Shown piece by piece: positions 1 through 14,030 of a DNA stretch of 64,000 nucleotides. Origin of the DNA: Laetmonice hystrix (taxonomy: Eukaryota); NCBI GenBank assembly GCA_965235115.1, contig OZ249436.1, forward strand, positions 29,576,001-29,640,000. Direction: 5' to 3'. Position numbers and translations under genes: made by a program. The notes under the pieces are model-generated. The model had not been told where the DNA came from, did no database searches, and saw only the letters and a program-made list of their open reading frames with translations. Each line of letters starts with the position of its first letter. Position 1 is the first letter of the stretch.

Positions 1-732
1 ACCTTCAGCTGTTGACCAGCCAGACTTCAGTCCTACTTTGGCTCAATTTCTATGCGGGTATCATAACAACAACGGGTAAAGCTTAATTTGAACATATATT
101 TTTAACCTTGACAACTTTTCCACTCTCATTAAACTAAAACTAAGCTTTACACCTGGGCTTCCTCCCCGGTAATACAATGTTTAGTGGTCACTCCACAGAA
201 TACGCCAGAATAACAAAGGGCGGTACCGAGGAAGTCGGCCATATGTCAACGTGATCCTGAATCTGGTCTCAACATCCAGGGTCTTTGTTGCAAAGGGAAA
301 CGCCGTCCTAATATACGGCCATGGGAGCATTGTTGAACGGACGTACGGACCGACGTACGGAACTACGACGGAAGACGACCATGTTTGTGACATCTGGTTT
401 CTGCCCAATAAAAAACGGGAAATACCTGAAAGAACGCGTCATGCAATAGCACGAAAGGAAACCTTTTGAATTGGTTTTATGCAAACAACTGCTAGGTGTG
501 TTCCTGTAGGTTGAAAACTTTATGTGTGGGGCTGTGATAATTTATGAAGGAAGCGCCCATCACCGACCACTGACACTCATGCAGGTTATAGCTTTGCGGC
601 AGACGACAAATATACAGATCATTCACAGTGTTTGCGTTTCAAGTTTCTATAACAGTCATACTGTAGTTTCGTGCCAGGTCGCGAACTCTTGTGTCCAGTG
701 ACAACGGATCTCACAGAAATAACGTGACCCCA

Positions 733-751
733 GTGACGTGACGTGACGTGA
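733..751. promoter_or_regulatory. (GTGAC)n run of CRE/ATF-like half sites in a CpG-rich patch
   Basis: GTGACGTGACGTGACGTGA seen directly, with elevated CpG at about 680-910. The regulatory role is inferred. Confidence 0.2.
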
Positions 752-1729
752 TCCGACGTTGTTGCGAGCGTCATCAATCAAACGGCGACAGAAGCCTGGT
801 GAACGTTCTGAGCTTGGAATCAGACGTGAGATTCAGTACAGACCAGTCGCTCCATACAATCACACCACTGATGGCACACTAATCGTCACAGAAAAGCTAC
901 GTCAGTCCGTTTGAAACACCCATGGGACAATCAATCATGATTTAGTGGATCTTTCTACTTTTTTCACAACTTTACTGTTTCTCTCACAAACATAACGCAG
1001 GTGTCTGTGAAAAAATGCCGATATAGGACCTATGTAAAGTTGCTGCAGAGGAGATCATTTGTGTAAGTGCTATAATTTTCGGTGGTTGATGTATATAGCG
1101 TACACCTCTTCGTAAAAACGGATTGCATTATCAATCATAGAGCGACAAGCAATCAATTCTTTGGGTGGATTTCTCCAATGGCTTCTCAGGAATTACACTC
1201 TGGGAACTCTCCGACAAAGTGACTTATTGTTGCATTAAAATGTCGGTTCCAGTAAATGGATGCTTCTTTTTATGTCTGATGTAATTAATGATGAGGCCTT
1301 CTTCCTATTAGAGGAGGCATAGCATTGAGAATTGGCAATTTGGTCGGCTGAAATCTTAATGCATCCTATAAAAATCTGAACAATAATGCTATACATAGTA
1401 TAGGAAGAAAACAGACATGTATTTTAATAATGAAAATTTGTAGCAACAAATTGTGATGGCACCATTATAAAGGGATACATAGACTAGGAATACATGTTTT
1501 TGAACTGGTATTATAATTACACCCCGATCTTTACATAGCTTTACGAAAAGGAAAAAAGAAGCACCAACCCATGTAATATATCACTGAATGATATGTATCG
1601 TTATGATATGTATTAATTTGTCACGGATGTTATAAACCAGCAAGATGCAATCGACGGTGTGGCAAGTATGTAATATATCATAATGGTACCCCGCAGGGAA
1701 TGCACAAGAGCATCTCAACTGACGATAGT

Positions 1730-2290
1730 CATATATCCACCCGTGTACCTCAATCCCAAGTTCAACATATGCTCCAGTAATTGTTTCCCTTCCGGTTTTA
1801 AACAAGCAAGTTTTCCCCAAAGAAAGTGCAGTCAAAACGGGCAACCTTTGATCGGATCGGACTCTGACCCTTTGACGATTATAGTGCATAGATCTGGGCC
1901 CTTGAAGCCATTATTAGACAGCCGAATCACTCTATACAAGTCGGGAACTGGCTACAAAACTACGGTCACGTTTACCTGGCATAGCGTAGCGCTGTGAAAC
2001 GGGAGCCTGACCGGGCAGCCAGCATGTATCGTGTAGCGCTTTGATGGGGTGCCGCCAACAGTTGCGCACGTCAGCCACGCTCGCGGTCCTAATGTCATAA
2101 ACAGGCGGTTAGGAATAAGGTTTCCCTTCATGCTAGATGAAACGTGTTAGAATTAATAGACTGTTGGTGGCCGTGTCATAACTTTTCAATATAATGGTGA
2201 ACAGTCCTCGGCCAAATGGTTCCTAACGGGCATGGTGTTTTCGATACCTCGCCTTGTCAGCCGACTGAATCTCTTTTAATCTTGACGTGT
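1730..2290 (+). mobile_element. Degenerate non-LTR retrotransposon (CR1/L2-like) reverse transcriptase remnant
   Basis: Ordered RT-like motifs across frameshifts: LNPKFNICSSNCFPSGFKQAS (cf. L..lFN.s...g.FP..wK.A), RFDGVP (cf. AFD.V.H), GRVITFQYNGEQSS...TG (cf. R...v..nG..S....sG). By-eye motif match only. Confidence 0.5.
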
Positions 2291-3941
2291 CTTATAGAGA
2301 TTTGATATAACTTTATTATATATTGCACGTTTCTTTTTTTCGTAACTTGTCAGACGCGGTCATTTTTTGGGTAAAACCGTCGTAAATTTCTACACGGGGG
2401 TTGTACGTATGGCTATATCAACAACTGAGATAGTGTAGTTTGGTATATTTTTCTATGGTCATCGAAATGGATTCTATATTTTTATTGATAATGATAAAGT
2501 AATCGTCCCTCAAAGTTAGGTTAAGTAGAAAGCCTGTAGATTATATCGCCACGCCTTTTTTTATAGTGGGTAGGAACCTCAGACTCATAGACAAGAAAAT
2601 CTATTAAAACATACCGTTAAAATGGTATAAATAGATAAATACTTGTCCGACGAAATTAAACATACCAGTGTGGCGATTGTTTTGGTAATATTGACGAAGG
2701 AACTATGCTGACTTTAGTGACATAGCCAGCTGTATCGAGGATTATATTATGTTATAAATTAGTGAGAGGTTTATTTAAGACCTACATTTAGGAGCACCTA
2801 TTAGACTGACTCATGAGTAGGCTATACGCTTCCGTGGGCTCCGGCCTAGGCACATATAGATCTAAGGTCCTCTTCTCATTAGAAAGATAGATCTACTGCA
2901 TATTAAGTTATATTTGTAATTGTATAATGTCATAATACTGCCGAGGTCTGAATTTGAGCGGTGTAAAATGTCGGGCGGTACAAGTACTTGGAATACGACC
3001 AAAAAAAGAACTGATCGTCGGCCAGACCGCCGGCCGGCCAAAGCTGCTCGTATTGCGTGCCAGTCCAGCCAACCATTGCGGGCTGGCGGGTACTGAACCC
3101 GGCGGTGCCCATCGCCGAGTCGGTATCATGTAAAACTACATGACAAACGTAGTTTACTGATGGTTATGGTTGGTGGTGGGGGAAGGATGTGAGAGCATCG
3201 GGTGGTCAAGAGATAAAGGAGCGACTCTATCATGATCTATGAGATGGCAGGTGGAGCTAAGCAACACCTCCACCATCCACCAATCCACTACTCCACCATT
3301 CCACGCATCCATGGCCCGGCCCTGAATGCACGCATTATCGCCATGGCCGATAACCTTCCTAAAACCCGACCGGACACTTATCTACAGCAGCTAAGGTAGT
3401 ACGTACCCCCCACTAGTACACTGGACACCTGGTCCCCGTGGACTGACCAGACCCCAGCGGCGGGACCACTGACCACACTGACCCCAGCTGCTGCTTGCTA
3501 CGGCCCTACGTGAAATTATGGGAATTTAATACATTGAGACGTTTGAAGTGTGTGATGAGTGAAACATATTGGCACATCAGCATGCGTTCACCACCGGCGT
3601 CGGGCCACCGGATGTGACCTCTGTGATTGAACTTGCCTTACCCAAACGTGCCCTAGAGGGAATGGTCACTCTTTTAATGTGGTCATTTTTCTCAGGTGAT
3701 CGACTTCGCCGTACGTTGTTCTGACAGTATCTCTGAAAGGCCGGTGACCTCAAATATAATCGTTAAGACCTCTGATAGACGACTTTCTCATTAAAATATC
3801 GCTCAGCGGGATTCTAAACACGAACGTGGGATAGGGTACAGAGTTCAAATGAAGAGACTCATTTGGTATACGAATTGACGAAGGAATCAACCTAGTAATA
3901 GTGTTGGAAAATTCCTCGCGAAATGTCCATTCACTGAGCTC

Positions 3942-4004
3942 TTGATTTCAGCCCGGACTTTGTTGATTTCAGCTCGGACTTTGTTGATTTCAGCTCGGAC
4001 TTTG
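3942..4004. repeat. 21-bp tandem repeat x3
   Basis: Unit TTGATTTCAGCTCGGACTTTG, three copies, one substitution. Confidence 0.95.
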
Positions 4005-5870
4005 TGTTATCATTTGATGGACTCAAAGGTTGGTGCAGAAAGCAGCAGCTGTTAATATAAAAGGCGAACAGAAACAAAGAGAATGTGGCCTGGTCTGCCG
4101 TCATTATTTGCCACATTAATCAAAACGGAGGTGAAAGCATCTGTACCCTCCAAGTAGTCCCCATTAATCAGCCAGCCACAGAGAAAGCAGTTCTCTAACT
4201 TCTCTGATTAAATTAATTTTCTTGCATACTTTGATATAATATCAATCTGATGAGTTATGGCTGTGGGGTTGCAGTGGTCAAGAGAAAATGATAGGTGCTT
4301 TGTTACAATGGATGGGCCCGCCCGGCTGACTCACTCGCCAGCGGTTGTTTTCTATACCAGCGCTCAACATGAGTCTGGGCTGTCGGCTCACTCAACTAGT
4401 CGTGGAACCTCCCTCCGCCGGTTGGTGGGGACTTGTAACATGGGGTGGGGTGTCGGTGGTCTAGGTAAAAGTGGCTATAGCCGCTGGCCGCCAACTAATT
4501 ATAGGCAACCCTGAACACTTAGTATTCATTAGAAAACATGTAGTTTGTAATTTTCTGTCTTTAATTTAATAAGTAAAACTAGTTACCTATACAAACAAAC
4601 GGGGGGGATACTAATAAATTAATAAGCATTTGGCTAACCAATGTCAGCAGGTTTGTTTTTTCCCCTAAGTAACTTATTAAGGATTTTAACACATAGTATA
4701 TTAATTCCTAAAGTGTTAAAAACAAGCTATATGATAATAAATTATATCAGATCTGCTGCATGCTTCCGTCTATCTCAAAGTGTCTCCTTACTCCGCCAGA
4801 ACTCCTCCCGGAGATACAGACAAGTTTGGTAAATATTTGCAGTCTATAGCTGAGTCACCCGAAGAATAATTTGTGCAAGTTGAAACTAAATGGGAGAAGT
4901 TTGATGGAAAAGTCCACCTAGCGGAGTCCCATGGGAACTGAATGAGTCTGTCAATGACCTGTGGTCCGGACTGATGGTGTTGGAAGGGCTCCCCTGAACA
5001 TTCACCTTTCTCTACTCGCTCCGTTTGATGACAACACACCACATAAAAAGGTGACCTTCCGAAACCGAGGCTGACCACAGCGACCAGCCTTACCCATCCC
5101 CCACACCTGATGGCCTCTCTCCCACACAGCCGGGCAAGGTCGTTAATTTTCGCGAGCTTTTCATGGAAGAATTGTTATGACTAATTAGGGAATTATATTG
5201 AGTTGGACGTTCGTTGGCCGTTGGGTTAGGGAGTGGGGGCTGGGTGTGTTGGCTGCGTTAAGGGCTGACATTAGGGATTCATCAAAACAATGGTATAAAT
5301 GGAACCGTTTGAATTCCATTAAAGCTGGTTAGTCATTCAAATTAAACAACAAATTATTCTGCTTTGTTCACAGTGCAGGTAGTATTTTATTAGTTTTTCA
5401 AAGGTAGGTCATTTCCATGATTTCCTGAGATTGCTTTTATCTTAAGAATTGGTAGAATAATTATTTATTACAACTATACTGTGTACCTGTTTTCACAAAA
5501 ACTCCCTAAATAATAATAAAGGCGTTGATATCTACATTGTCAATATAGCTGATTGACGACCACTTGCAGGAGGTGGGGCGGTTAGAGGTCCTGGCTAAGG
5601 ATAGATTATATAGGTTATATAGGTGTCTCTCCACATTGGTTCATATCCTCCCCACCAGTGCCTTGTCCCACCTATACATGTATATAACCCCCATTGACTT
5701 GCTTATCAAAGGACCGGAGTACGCTATGTCAAATTGGCAATCTGGTTAATAAGTGCTCTCGCTAAATACCGCGTTCGAATGGAGCAAAATCGACCAAGAC
5801 TCTTGGCTGCTTGCTCTTTATGTATAAACACAAGAAAAGAAGACATTAGTTACATGCTACATTTTATTTT

Positions 5871-6073
5871 CACACCAAATATCCTTTGATAATTTAACAC
5901 CAAATATCCTCTGATAATTACACACCAAATATCCTTTGATAATTTCACACCAAATATCCTTTGATAATTTCATAACAAATATCCTTTGATAATTACACAC
6001 CAAATATCCTTCGATAATTACACACCAAATATCCTTCGATAATTACACAACAAATATCCTTCGATAATTACAC
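5871..6073. repeat. 25-bp minisatellite x8
   Basis: Unit CACACCAAATATCCTTTGATAATT(T/A). Confidence 0.95.
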
Positions 6074-6524
6074 TGAAGGAGTCTTACAGATGTAAAACGT
6101 CTGCTTGGTTTATTATTTTTGGTCTATTCAACGGTGTAAACATTCTGTGCTTACACGATGATTTTAAAAGTTATCACTGGCACATTTTCGGTGGAGCTGG
6201 AACTCCACTACATATGCTTGCAGCCCCCATTGACCAAGGGACAACTTGGCTTTTTTTATGACTGAATGTGGTGCTGTAGGAAGCAGGCAGTCGAGTCACC
6301 AGTCGGTATAACTCAGCCCATGTCTCGATGTGGCCAGCTATTGGTGGCTGGAACCGTAGCACAATGGACCCCCCCCCCCCTTCCTCTGGGTGTACTCTAA
6401 CTCAAATCCTGTGATAGACGAGACCACGCTTCGCAGCATTAATACCCTTTTCACCGCTTCTTGAATTATGACTCCGCCGGACCCACGCCATTCTTACCTG
6501 GGCATAATTCAATCTTGATCCTTT

Positions 6525-6780
6525 CAAGACGAGGCTTTCAAGACTGATGTGACTCTGCACGACAACATTTTAGGCTTTTGATGCAAGGCTGATATATAGC
6601 TCAACTTCTCCAGATACTTCAAGTCTGAAAGTCGCAAACGATCAGTGTAGCGCGATTGATTCACTTGTAGACGTCTGACTGGCAGAAATGAAATGAGATA
6701 ATTCTGCGAGCTGTCATAGCCAATCCCTATGATATGTTCGCGTTGGGTTGAGAAGGAAACCGACAGCGCGGCTGCGGCGG
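6525..6780 (-). mobile_element. Possible CR1/L2-like ORF2 C-terminal remnant
   Basis: Minus-strand frame reads QSRYTDRLRLSDLKYLEKL, resembling the post-RT sY..RL..l.L..Le motif. Single motif, weak. Confidence 0.3.
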
Positions 6781-8995
6781 ATTCACAGTCTCTGGCCGCT
6801 GGGGGTAACTCTTAAAGGCCCGTACGTCCTCGGGCAGGTACTGCTCTCGAGGTTTATAATGCTTTCTCCTGTACATGTCGGGGATTTAGTTGAATGGTCG
6901 TCTTTATGGTGCCCCTGGCCTCACAGTGCAAGCCATACCTCAACTTGATGGAGCAGAACAGATTGCCTCACGACATGCCCAAGGCTGCCACACTGTCACC
7001 TGATAAAGGTCGGCATTAATTCTAGCCACAGTATAACCTTCCTTAGCAATTGGTCACGAGAGATCTCGGTGACGAATAAAAATCATAGCAGTGGAAAGAA
7101 ACTGAGTTCTGAAATGTAAGTTCATGAAATGGAGGGATTGGTAGAAAGCAAATCTTAGCAACCTTTTGGATATTATGTGAGATAGAACCCTTGTGATATT
7201 ATCACCCATCGGGTACAACTATAACGTTATTATCTCTTGTGTGTAAGGGATATTACAGTAACCATTTGCTTCTGGCATATTGATTATGAAGGAAGGCCTT
7301 AGTTTGGTGCCGTGTTACAAACGTCGGCAATCAACAACATGAATGAAGCAAGTAGGGCCGCATCATTTCCAGGCATGCCTGTGTTCCACGGGAAATAACA
7401 TTGATTTAATATGGTAGGTGCTGTGGCCCGACAGTCGTGCCACTTTAGGGTCAGGGCCCAATGCCATGCCAGCTAAAGTCTGATCAATGGGGGTTTGAAT
7501 CGGGCCATCCATAATGACCTTATTCATTGTTCTAAGCGGCATCCTTTGGACACAGTCTCTATAGGTCAGATCCACACACACAACCACATACCATACATGT
7601 AGAAATAACATTCCGCTTTTTATTAAAGTAAGCGTAAAGAAAGGAAAAATATCTTTATACACTTACAGTAAGTAGTACATGGATAGATAAGAAAAAATGT
7701 AGAATATCATCCGTGTGTGTGGTATTTCATTCATTAAAACATATATTAAAATTGCTGCTGTCAAAACCTTAAAAAATTGGTCTAGCCTGTGTCTGGACCG
7801 GTCTCCAGTCAGATAATAAAACATCAGTAAGTCGGATCAAAGAGAACCTGACGACAAGAATCGATGGGTGCGATGTAGGGCTATGTACGTCCGGGTATTG
7901 GGACGTTAAATCATTACGGTAGAGTGGTCAGGAGAGCACAGAGGCGGGGAGAGGGGGAGAGGGGTGCAGCTGGGGGGTGGGGGTGGCTCTACATGCCCTT
8001 GGCGGACACCGGGAGGTTGACGGTGATGACTTGTAGACAGCAGACACCTCAGGATTGTCGCGATTATTCTGGACATGACTACAGGTGGTAACTGCTGATA
8101 ACCTGCCTCCTCTCTCGCTAACACCCCCCCCCCCCCCACATCCACACACACACCCCACACCCACACCCACACATTCCCGGCCGAGCTGCAATCACGATGG
8201 AATCACAGTGTTTCTCGGAAGCGACCAAACAACATAAGCTTGGTGTTTGTTTTTTAGTATTATTCTTTTCAGTAATTAATTTATACATTGAATTATAACA
8301 GAAAGATACACACATATATCCCCAATTCCCTCAATTCCCTCAATTTTCTTATCGTTATAATGGTGTAGATATCTGTCTTTAATTGAAACGCCCATTTAAA
8401 ATGAACCATTTAAAGGAGATACAGAAACTCGACATAGAAGCAGTATCGCAGTCCAAAGCTTTGTTTCAATTTAATGAGACATGTACAGACATGACTCACT
8501 ACTTATTCTTATTAATTGAATGCATTTGTTCACGGGGAACCTCATCTACGTTATGTAAATTTCCGAGTGAACATTTATAAACAGTTGAAATCTGCCTTCT
8601 GCATCACCGTCATCTACTAAATCAACCGGCCGAAAAAAAAAATACAAATTACTTTAGGTGCTTGAAAAACAACATTTAGCCGGGATGTTGGGATTTCTCT
8701 CTCTCAAAAAAGGATCTTCAGTTGAGTGATGTTGATGAGAAGAGAACCACCCGAGAAAGTAATGAAGGTATCAAAGCTGAGTTCTCTTTGATGTCGGGGT
8801 CTAAGGTCATGACCTTTGACACTTGAAACCAGCTCTCCATTGTTGTATCGGTTACACAGGCCACAGGACGTGCGCGATTACAACAATTAGTCATTAAGAT
8901 TAATAGGTGTCAATGCAACGTCCCAAGTGAGTGCTTAGCATGGCCGACCCATCGCCAAACATGAATTAATGCATATGAAATGCGTCCCCAGATAC

Positions 8996-9200
8996 GTAAG
9001 TGTTAATGCTTCACTTTCAATGAATATGATTATAGGCCACGATGTCCAGATGCTGGGCTGCGACCTCTGCGCCTGCATGGAGGACAACTGCGGTGGCCAG
9101 GGTTCTACGATCTACGATTATGGACGTTTGATTAAGCTCAGAAGTTTTGTTTTCATTAATATAAAGCTGATATTAAAAACGTTGTTCTTCCAGCCTGCTA
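8996..9200 (+). mobile_element. Possible Sola-like DNA transposase remnant
   Basis: ORF 8969-9262 has SVNASLSM...EDNCGGQ...SFVFINIKLILKTLFFQP, resembling G.N.viSm...DNC.GQNKN...F..I...Fl..GHtkf.P in order and roughly in spacing. The NKN and GH residues are lost. Confidence 0.4.
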
Positions 9201-9989
9201 TTGTTTATACGGTGGTTTTTGCATACGGGTTTCAGTGTAGGACACTGCGTGCATTATTTTGAATAATGTTAATTGTTACGAATACTATACCTGGCAGAGA
9301 ACCCCGTATCGCATTGTGATAACGGTGTCTCTATAGCTCCATATTACACATTGCTTTAAAAGCTCATTGTCACACATTGTTATTGAAGCAGGCCTTTAAT
9401 AACAATGGAATTATGACATAACAATTCTGTTGAACCCAAGGAGAGAGCTCTCTGGAAGCTATGTTTACAATATGTCCAGACAGTTGCCACTACGTGAGAT
9501 GCACGCATGTGGTGTGATTATGGGTAAATTAGATCAACCCGAAGGGAGTAATGATGCCTCGGGCAATTATGGCACAATGATGAATGTTATATTCTGCGCA
9601 GAATTGAATGAGAAAGTGCAATTACAAAATCCCAACGGTGACCCTTACTTGTTGTCCTGCAGTTCCAGTGCTCATCCGGTAGCATATCAAAGTGTCGCTG
9701 TAACCTAACTATGCATGTGGTTTGTTGTTTCTTGCCCTTATTATATGAATTAAAATCTATCCCTCAATTCAATCTTAGAATTAAAGATAATCGTTTGATT
9801 TTACGTGCTTGTCGCAAGATTTAAAGGCCCTCAAGGATTCACAATTCAGAGAGGGAAAGAGAAGGGAATGAAAGGAAGAGGATAATGTCATTGGCAAAAA
9901 TCATTGGACTCAGTTTCTCTCGTGGACATTTACTCTCTTTAAGGCCTTCAGGACCCTGACTTTCTCTTCTCGGTCCTGATGACTCATAG

Positions 9990-11750
9990 GGATCCATCTT
10001 AAGCGAAGACGACTCCAACGCTGGTCAAACGTGTTCCATCTGAGCAGGACAGCTCGGGACGCCCCCACGCCATGAAACGTAACATGAATCATTGACCACT
10101 TTGATCAGGATCCCTCACGATTTGCGTCTGATTCAAAGCGATCTTGAAACGACTACTTCGAAACGGTATCCCTCAGCTGTGAACTTCATAGATCACCGAG
10201 TGACGATTCAGTCTCCTCTCAGCGTGTTCGTACGGAGACTGTTCTTGTGTCTCCAGAATAATTCATCTCATCACAACATTTGATTACAGTGATTTTCCTG
10301 ACCAGGCCGATGAACCCAGAGTTTAAAAATCACCTCCGTGATTTCCATTGATCTCAAGAAAGCGACGTATTGAAGAGACTGAAATTGTCGGGTCCTGCAT
10401 TAATGTGTATCATCGCTTCAAACACAAAAAGACAATGAAAGCTGTGATAAACAGTGGGGCTAATCAACGGAGCGAAGGAGAAAGGCCAGCGAAAAATGCT
10501 AGCTGCCAGTTTCTCTAACCTTTCGAAGCAATTCCCGGTCGTCTGACTGCAAATTGGCCCTCTTTGTTGGCGAAAACCTAATCTGGGTCTTTCTCCCAGT
10601 GGACGGGATAGAAGCAACACTGCCTTTTCTGCTGCATTGATTAGGGTGAAGAAAAAGTCTGATTGTTTTGCCATAACATTCCACACTTCATTTGGACCCT
10701 GTGAGTGATGGCGAAGCGTCATGGACACCAGTAATCCTGAACATCCAGGGAGTATAAAGAAAGAAAGGAAGAAGTACTGTCCGGTTCAGATTGCGAAAAA
10801 GTTTTGTAATGAATTCCTTTGTGTATGAGTGTGCGTGTGTGTACAGTGTCTCATCAGCTGAACAGAGAGCTGCAAAAATAGAAATTCAGGCAAATTCGAT
10901 ATATTTGTAGAAGGCATTTGTGGCAGGGAAGGATTCCAAAGCATGTTTTGTATTGAGGTCCTTTGCCGACTGAAATGGGAGAGATGTTTAACATGTTCAA
11001 CTGCCTTGCTTGATCTTTTCTGAAAGCAGACCACTCCATGTTGGACGGGTTGGTAAAGTTGATGGTACTACAAACTATAGATGGTGTTGTTTGGCAAGCA
11101 GTACGTGGGGCCTGTCTCACGTAACAATGTCCAGGGGCCTGCTATATTGTATTACATACTATGCGTCAGAAAACAAGGTGTTTTCTTGAATGGGTGTCTA
11201 TGTTTACCACTGTTAAATTCAAATAATGTGACTGACGTGGACTGGTGCAGTGGTTTGAGTGTTTGTCAGAATCTTCTGGCAGAATCCTCAAGTATTCTCG
11301 CGTTTCTCAGCCGTTGGCAGCCTCAATTTTGTACGTTTCTGGTTCTAAACCACAACGCTCCAACAATATACTTCAGGCTTGCTATCTCTGAACAGATCCG
11401 AGACACTTTTCGGGAGCATATGGGTAGCCGATTCAAATTACAATTCTAAAGGTTGCCAGCTGGGATCAAGAATTTATAGAGGGATCAATGACAGCTTAGA
11501 GGTAATCTTCACAGGTCAGTTAAGCTTAGTCAGTCACGTTCCAAATGGCCTTGACCGAGATGTTATCAACAAACTGAACATCTGCGCATGCACCCGCGCA
11601 CCCTCTGGAAACTCTTTAACATTGACGGGAAACTGACTCCCAGAACCCCTATAATCATGGTCATCATTAGGGTTGATTCCCCAAACCCATGACCTGCCTG
11701 TCCCTTGGTTTTAGTCTCATTCTGTAGAGGCAAATCTTTAACAAGCACTA
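9990..11750 (-). mobile_element. Degenerate L1/Tx1-like ORF2 remnant (RT to C-terminal zinc-binding region)
   Basis: Collinear minus-strand motifs: GFGE...SFQRVRGCMRRCS (cf. GFG...F...RGvRQGc, about 11580-11690), NISNLPEF+Y (cf. LP.FY, about 10880), VWN...RPLGER...ICSQ...ERLEKL (zf-RVT-like, about 10510-10690), FWRHKN and FDQRW near the end. Confidence 0.5.
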
Positions 11751-12506
11751 AACTACAGCAATTTGAAAGAATGGCCTTGCAACCTGAAACACAATGGACA
11801 TTGAGAACAACTCGCTGGTGGCTTATTGGCCTTCCTTCGTCTCGTGATTAGATTTGCAGTCCCGTACCCTAGATTACACACGCTGAAGTTGTCGTTCAAA
11901 CTAAGTTCAGACAGTCATGGGAGTAGGCGAGAGCTGAAGGCAAATGTCTTTACGTCTTAAACTATTGCATTTACAAGCATTTCTTCTGCTGCTTGTAGGT
12001 CTGTTGTGAATTAACGATACCAGATGTGTCCAACAAGGTCAGGAGTTGGTTCTCAGGGGGAAGTTGTTATACTCTTCTTCCATACACGTCCTTTCACGTA
12101 TCAGATGTGATTCTCGCCAGAACGACAAATCGCTCTGATGTAAATAGCGTTATATTAGGCCTATTTCATGAAGAGAAATGATTGTCAGGCTTTGTTTTGT
12201 AGGCTTTGTTTTGACCAAGCAGGTGGCGCCCCCTTTCAGAGAAGTGACCACATTCCTGTGTCCCTCCCGTCCTGTAACATGAAGCGTTCCCGAGGGACAC
12301 AACCAAGCGCTTAATGCCCGATGTAGGGCGACCCATAGAGGTCGAGGGTCAAACTGACCAATAACCCTTCACTCTAAAAATGTCCCACGTTAGCTGTGAT
12401 ATACCTTCGCTTGCTATATATTATACGCCTTTAATAGCAAGTTTACTAAACGTAACTCATTAGGCCTATATCGTGATCTCAATCCAAGTTGAGGAAACCT
12501 AAGCAT

Positions 12507-12950
12507 ATGTTGCCAGTAAATATATTGGGACCCGTTTGCCAAACCAATCTCATTGTACCTCGAGAGCCAGCAGAGGAAAGTCAAACAGGTTCAGTGTTGA
12601 CACATACTGGGCACCTGCTACTGACCATTTTGTGTATAAAGAATTGTAAGGACATGATCCGCCTGTATTTGTCCTGTGCCGTCAGTGGTGTACTGTTTAA
12701 TCAACCATCAGGGGTCACAGAGTACACATTAATCTATGGTACGAAACCATCGTTTCTAGACGTTGTGTCAAACATTATAATACTGTCTCCGTGTGACAAG
12801 GAGAAGCACGTCACGCTCATAGTTGGACACCTTTCAAATCATGATGGTCCCATCCTGGTTGGTTTCTTCACGAACGTTCTGAAACATGGCTGTCTATAAA
12901 TGTCTGATTATTTCAGGCCCAACTTCAGGGTCTCCATGGCGCTTAAATGA
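12507..12950 (+). mobile_element. Degenerate APE-type endonuclease domain of an L1-like ORF2
   Basis: ORF 12489-12899 has VNILGP (NiYaP), GHL (GDF), EYT, SFLD (SRlD) and LSNH (lSDH) in the expected order and spacing, followed by PWRLN in another frame. Catalytic residues are mutated. Confidence 0.5.
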
Positions 12951-13899
12951 ATGACAATGGATTAGAAAATAACGCCCCGATTTGCAAAGTATGGATGACC
13001 CTCAAGCCTTGGAGAAAATAACCAGCACAAGTTCTTGATTCCAGTTTGCCTGGGTAGGAAACGTAATGATTCACTTGTTGTGTATAGAAAGTGACAAAGC
13101 TCCTCCTCCATACCATCATCCGCTAATGCCTTCAGTCAATCCTTTACTGTATTGTGTGCGATACACACAGAGAGTCTACATACAGGGATCGCCTTTAAGT
13201 TACAACTCAGGTATGAGAGAATTTGTCACCAACTACGTCAAAAGGCCGGAAATTCTAACGCTAAGCAGATAATACTCTACATATTCGTTCTATACAGCAC
13301 TCACTGATACTGATGCCTGAACTAAGAAAGCCGCGAACTGTGACCGACTTGGACAATATACTGTCTCACCCGTGGTTTTCATATAAAATCCCATGATCAA
13401 AAGAATGACACAAAGGAAAGAAATGAAAGGAAGATTAGGTCAACAACATGGGTGGAAATGTACATGAAATATGCCAAGTGGCATACCGAAGCTTTAGCTG
13501 GATTCATGGGGCTCCGATGAGAAGGGGAGCTTTTGTGACTAGACAATGACGAGACATGCTTTCACAGCTAGGCCCAGATGAGGTGCTGATCCGGGGCCTG
13601 GGTTAGAAAAACAGAATTTCATTTCATCTACAATGTCGATGAGGCACGTCTATTGATACCACCCGGACAACAACGTCTTTGTGCATGCCCCGTTGAATGC
13701 CTTCCCAACAGAGGGCTGACAACTAGACGGACAAAACCATGTAATACGCTTTTGAATTTTTCCGTTCCAATATAATAGAGCGATTTCAGTCGAAGGACCT
13801 CAAGTGGGGACGTTCCACGCAGCAAGCACTGAAGAGACGAGGCAACAATTGCGTTCTATTTCTTGCGGTTCAGACTTTGAAGACGTCACACGTGAATGC

Positions 13900-14030
13900 G
13901 TCACAGGTGCACATTTTGATACATAACAGGTCCGCCCCTTGATCACCAAGGGACACTTTCTCCAAAGTCTCATTTGAAATAACATTAAACAAGCCATCAT
14001 GATGCCCATGAGCTCTTTCACGAGTCCAAC
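13900..14030 (-). mobile_element. Possible Tx1-like ORF1 fragment
   Basis: PLVIKGRTCYV resembles the L.I.G..c.V segment that precedes the ORF1 zinc knuckle. Short match. Confidence 0.2.

Noticed and set aside
181..425. Possible minus-strand exon or 75-aa ORF
   Set aside because: There is an acceptor-like site near 426, but no recognisable product and no supportable gene model.
528..540. Seed-level matches to conserved miRNAs (for example miR-2-like TATCACAGCC on the minus strand)
   Set aside because: The match does not extend over the mature sequence and no hairpin is evident.
1571..1680. 13-bp direct repeat ATGTAATATATCA as a TSD around an 84-bp insert
   Set aside because: AT-rich, and the enclosed sequence has no poly-A tail or TIRs.
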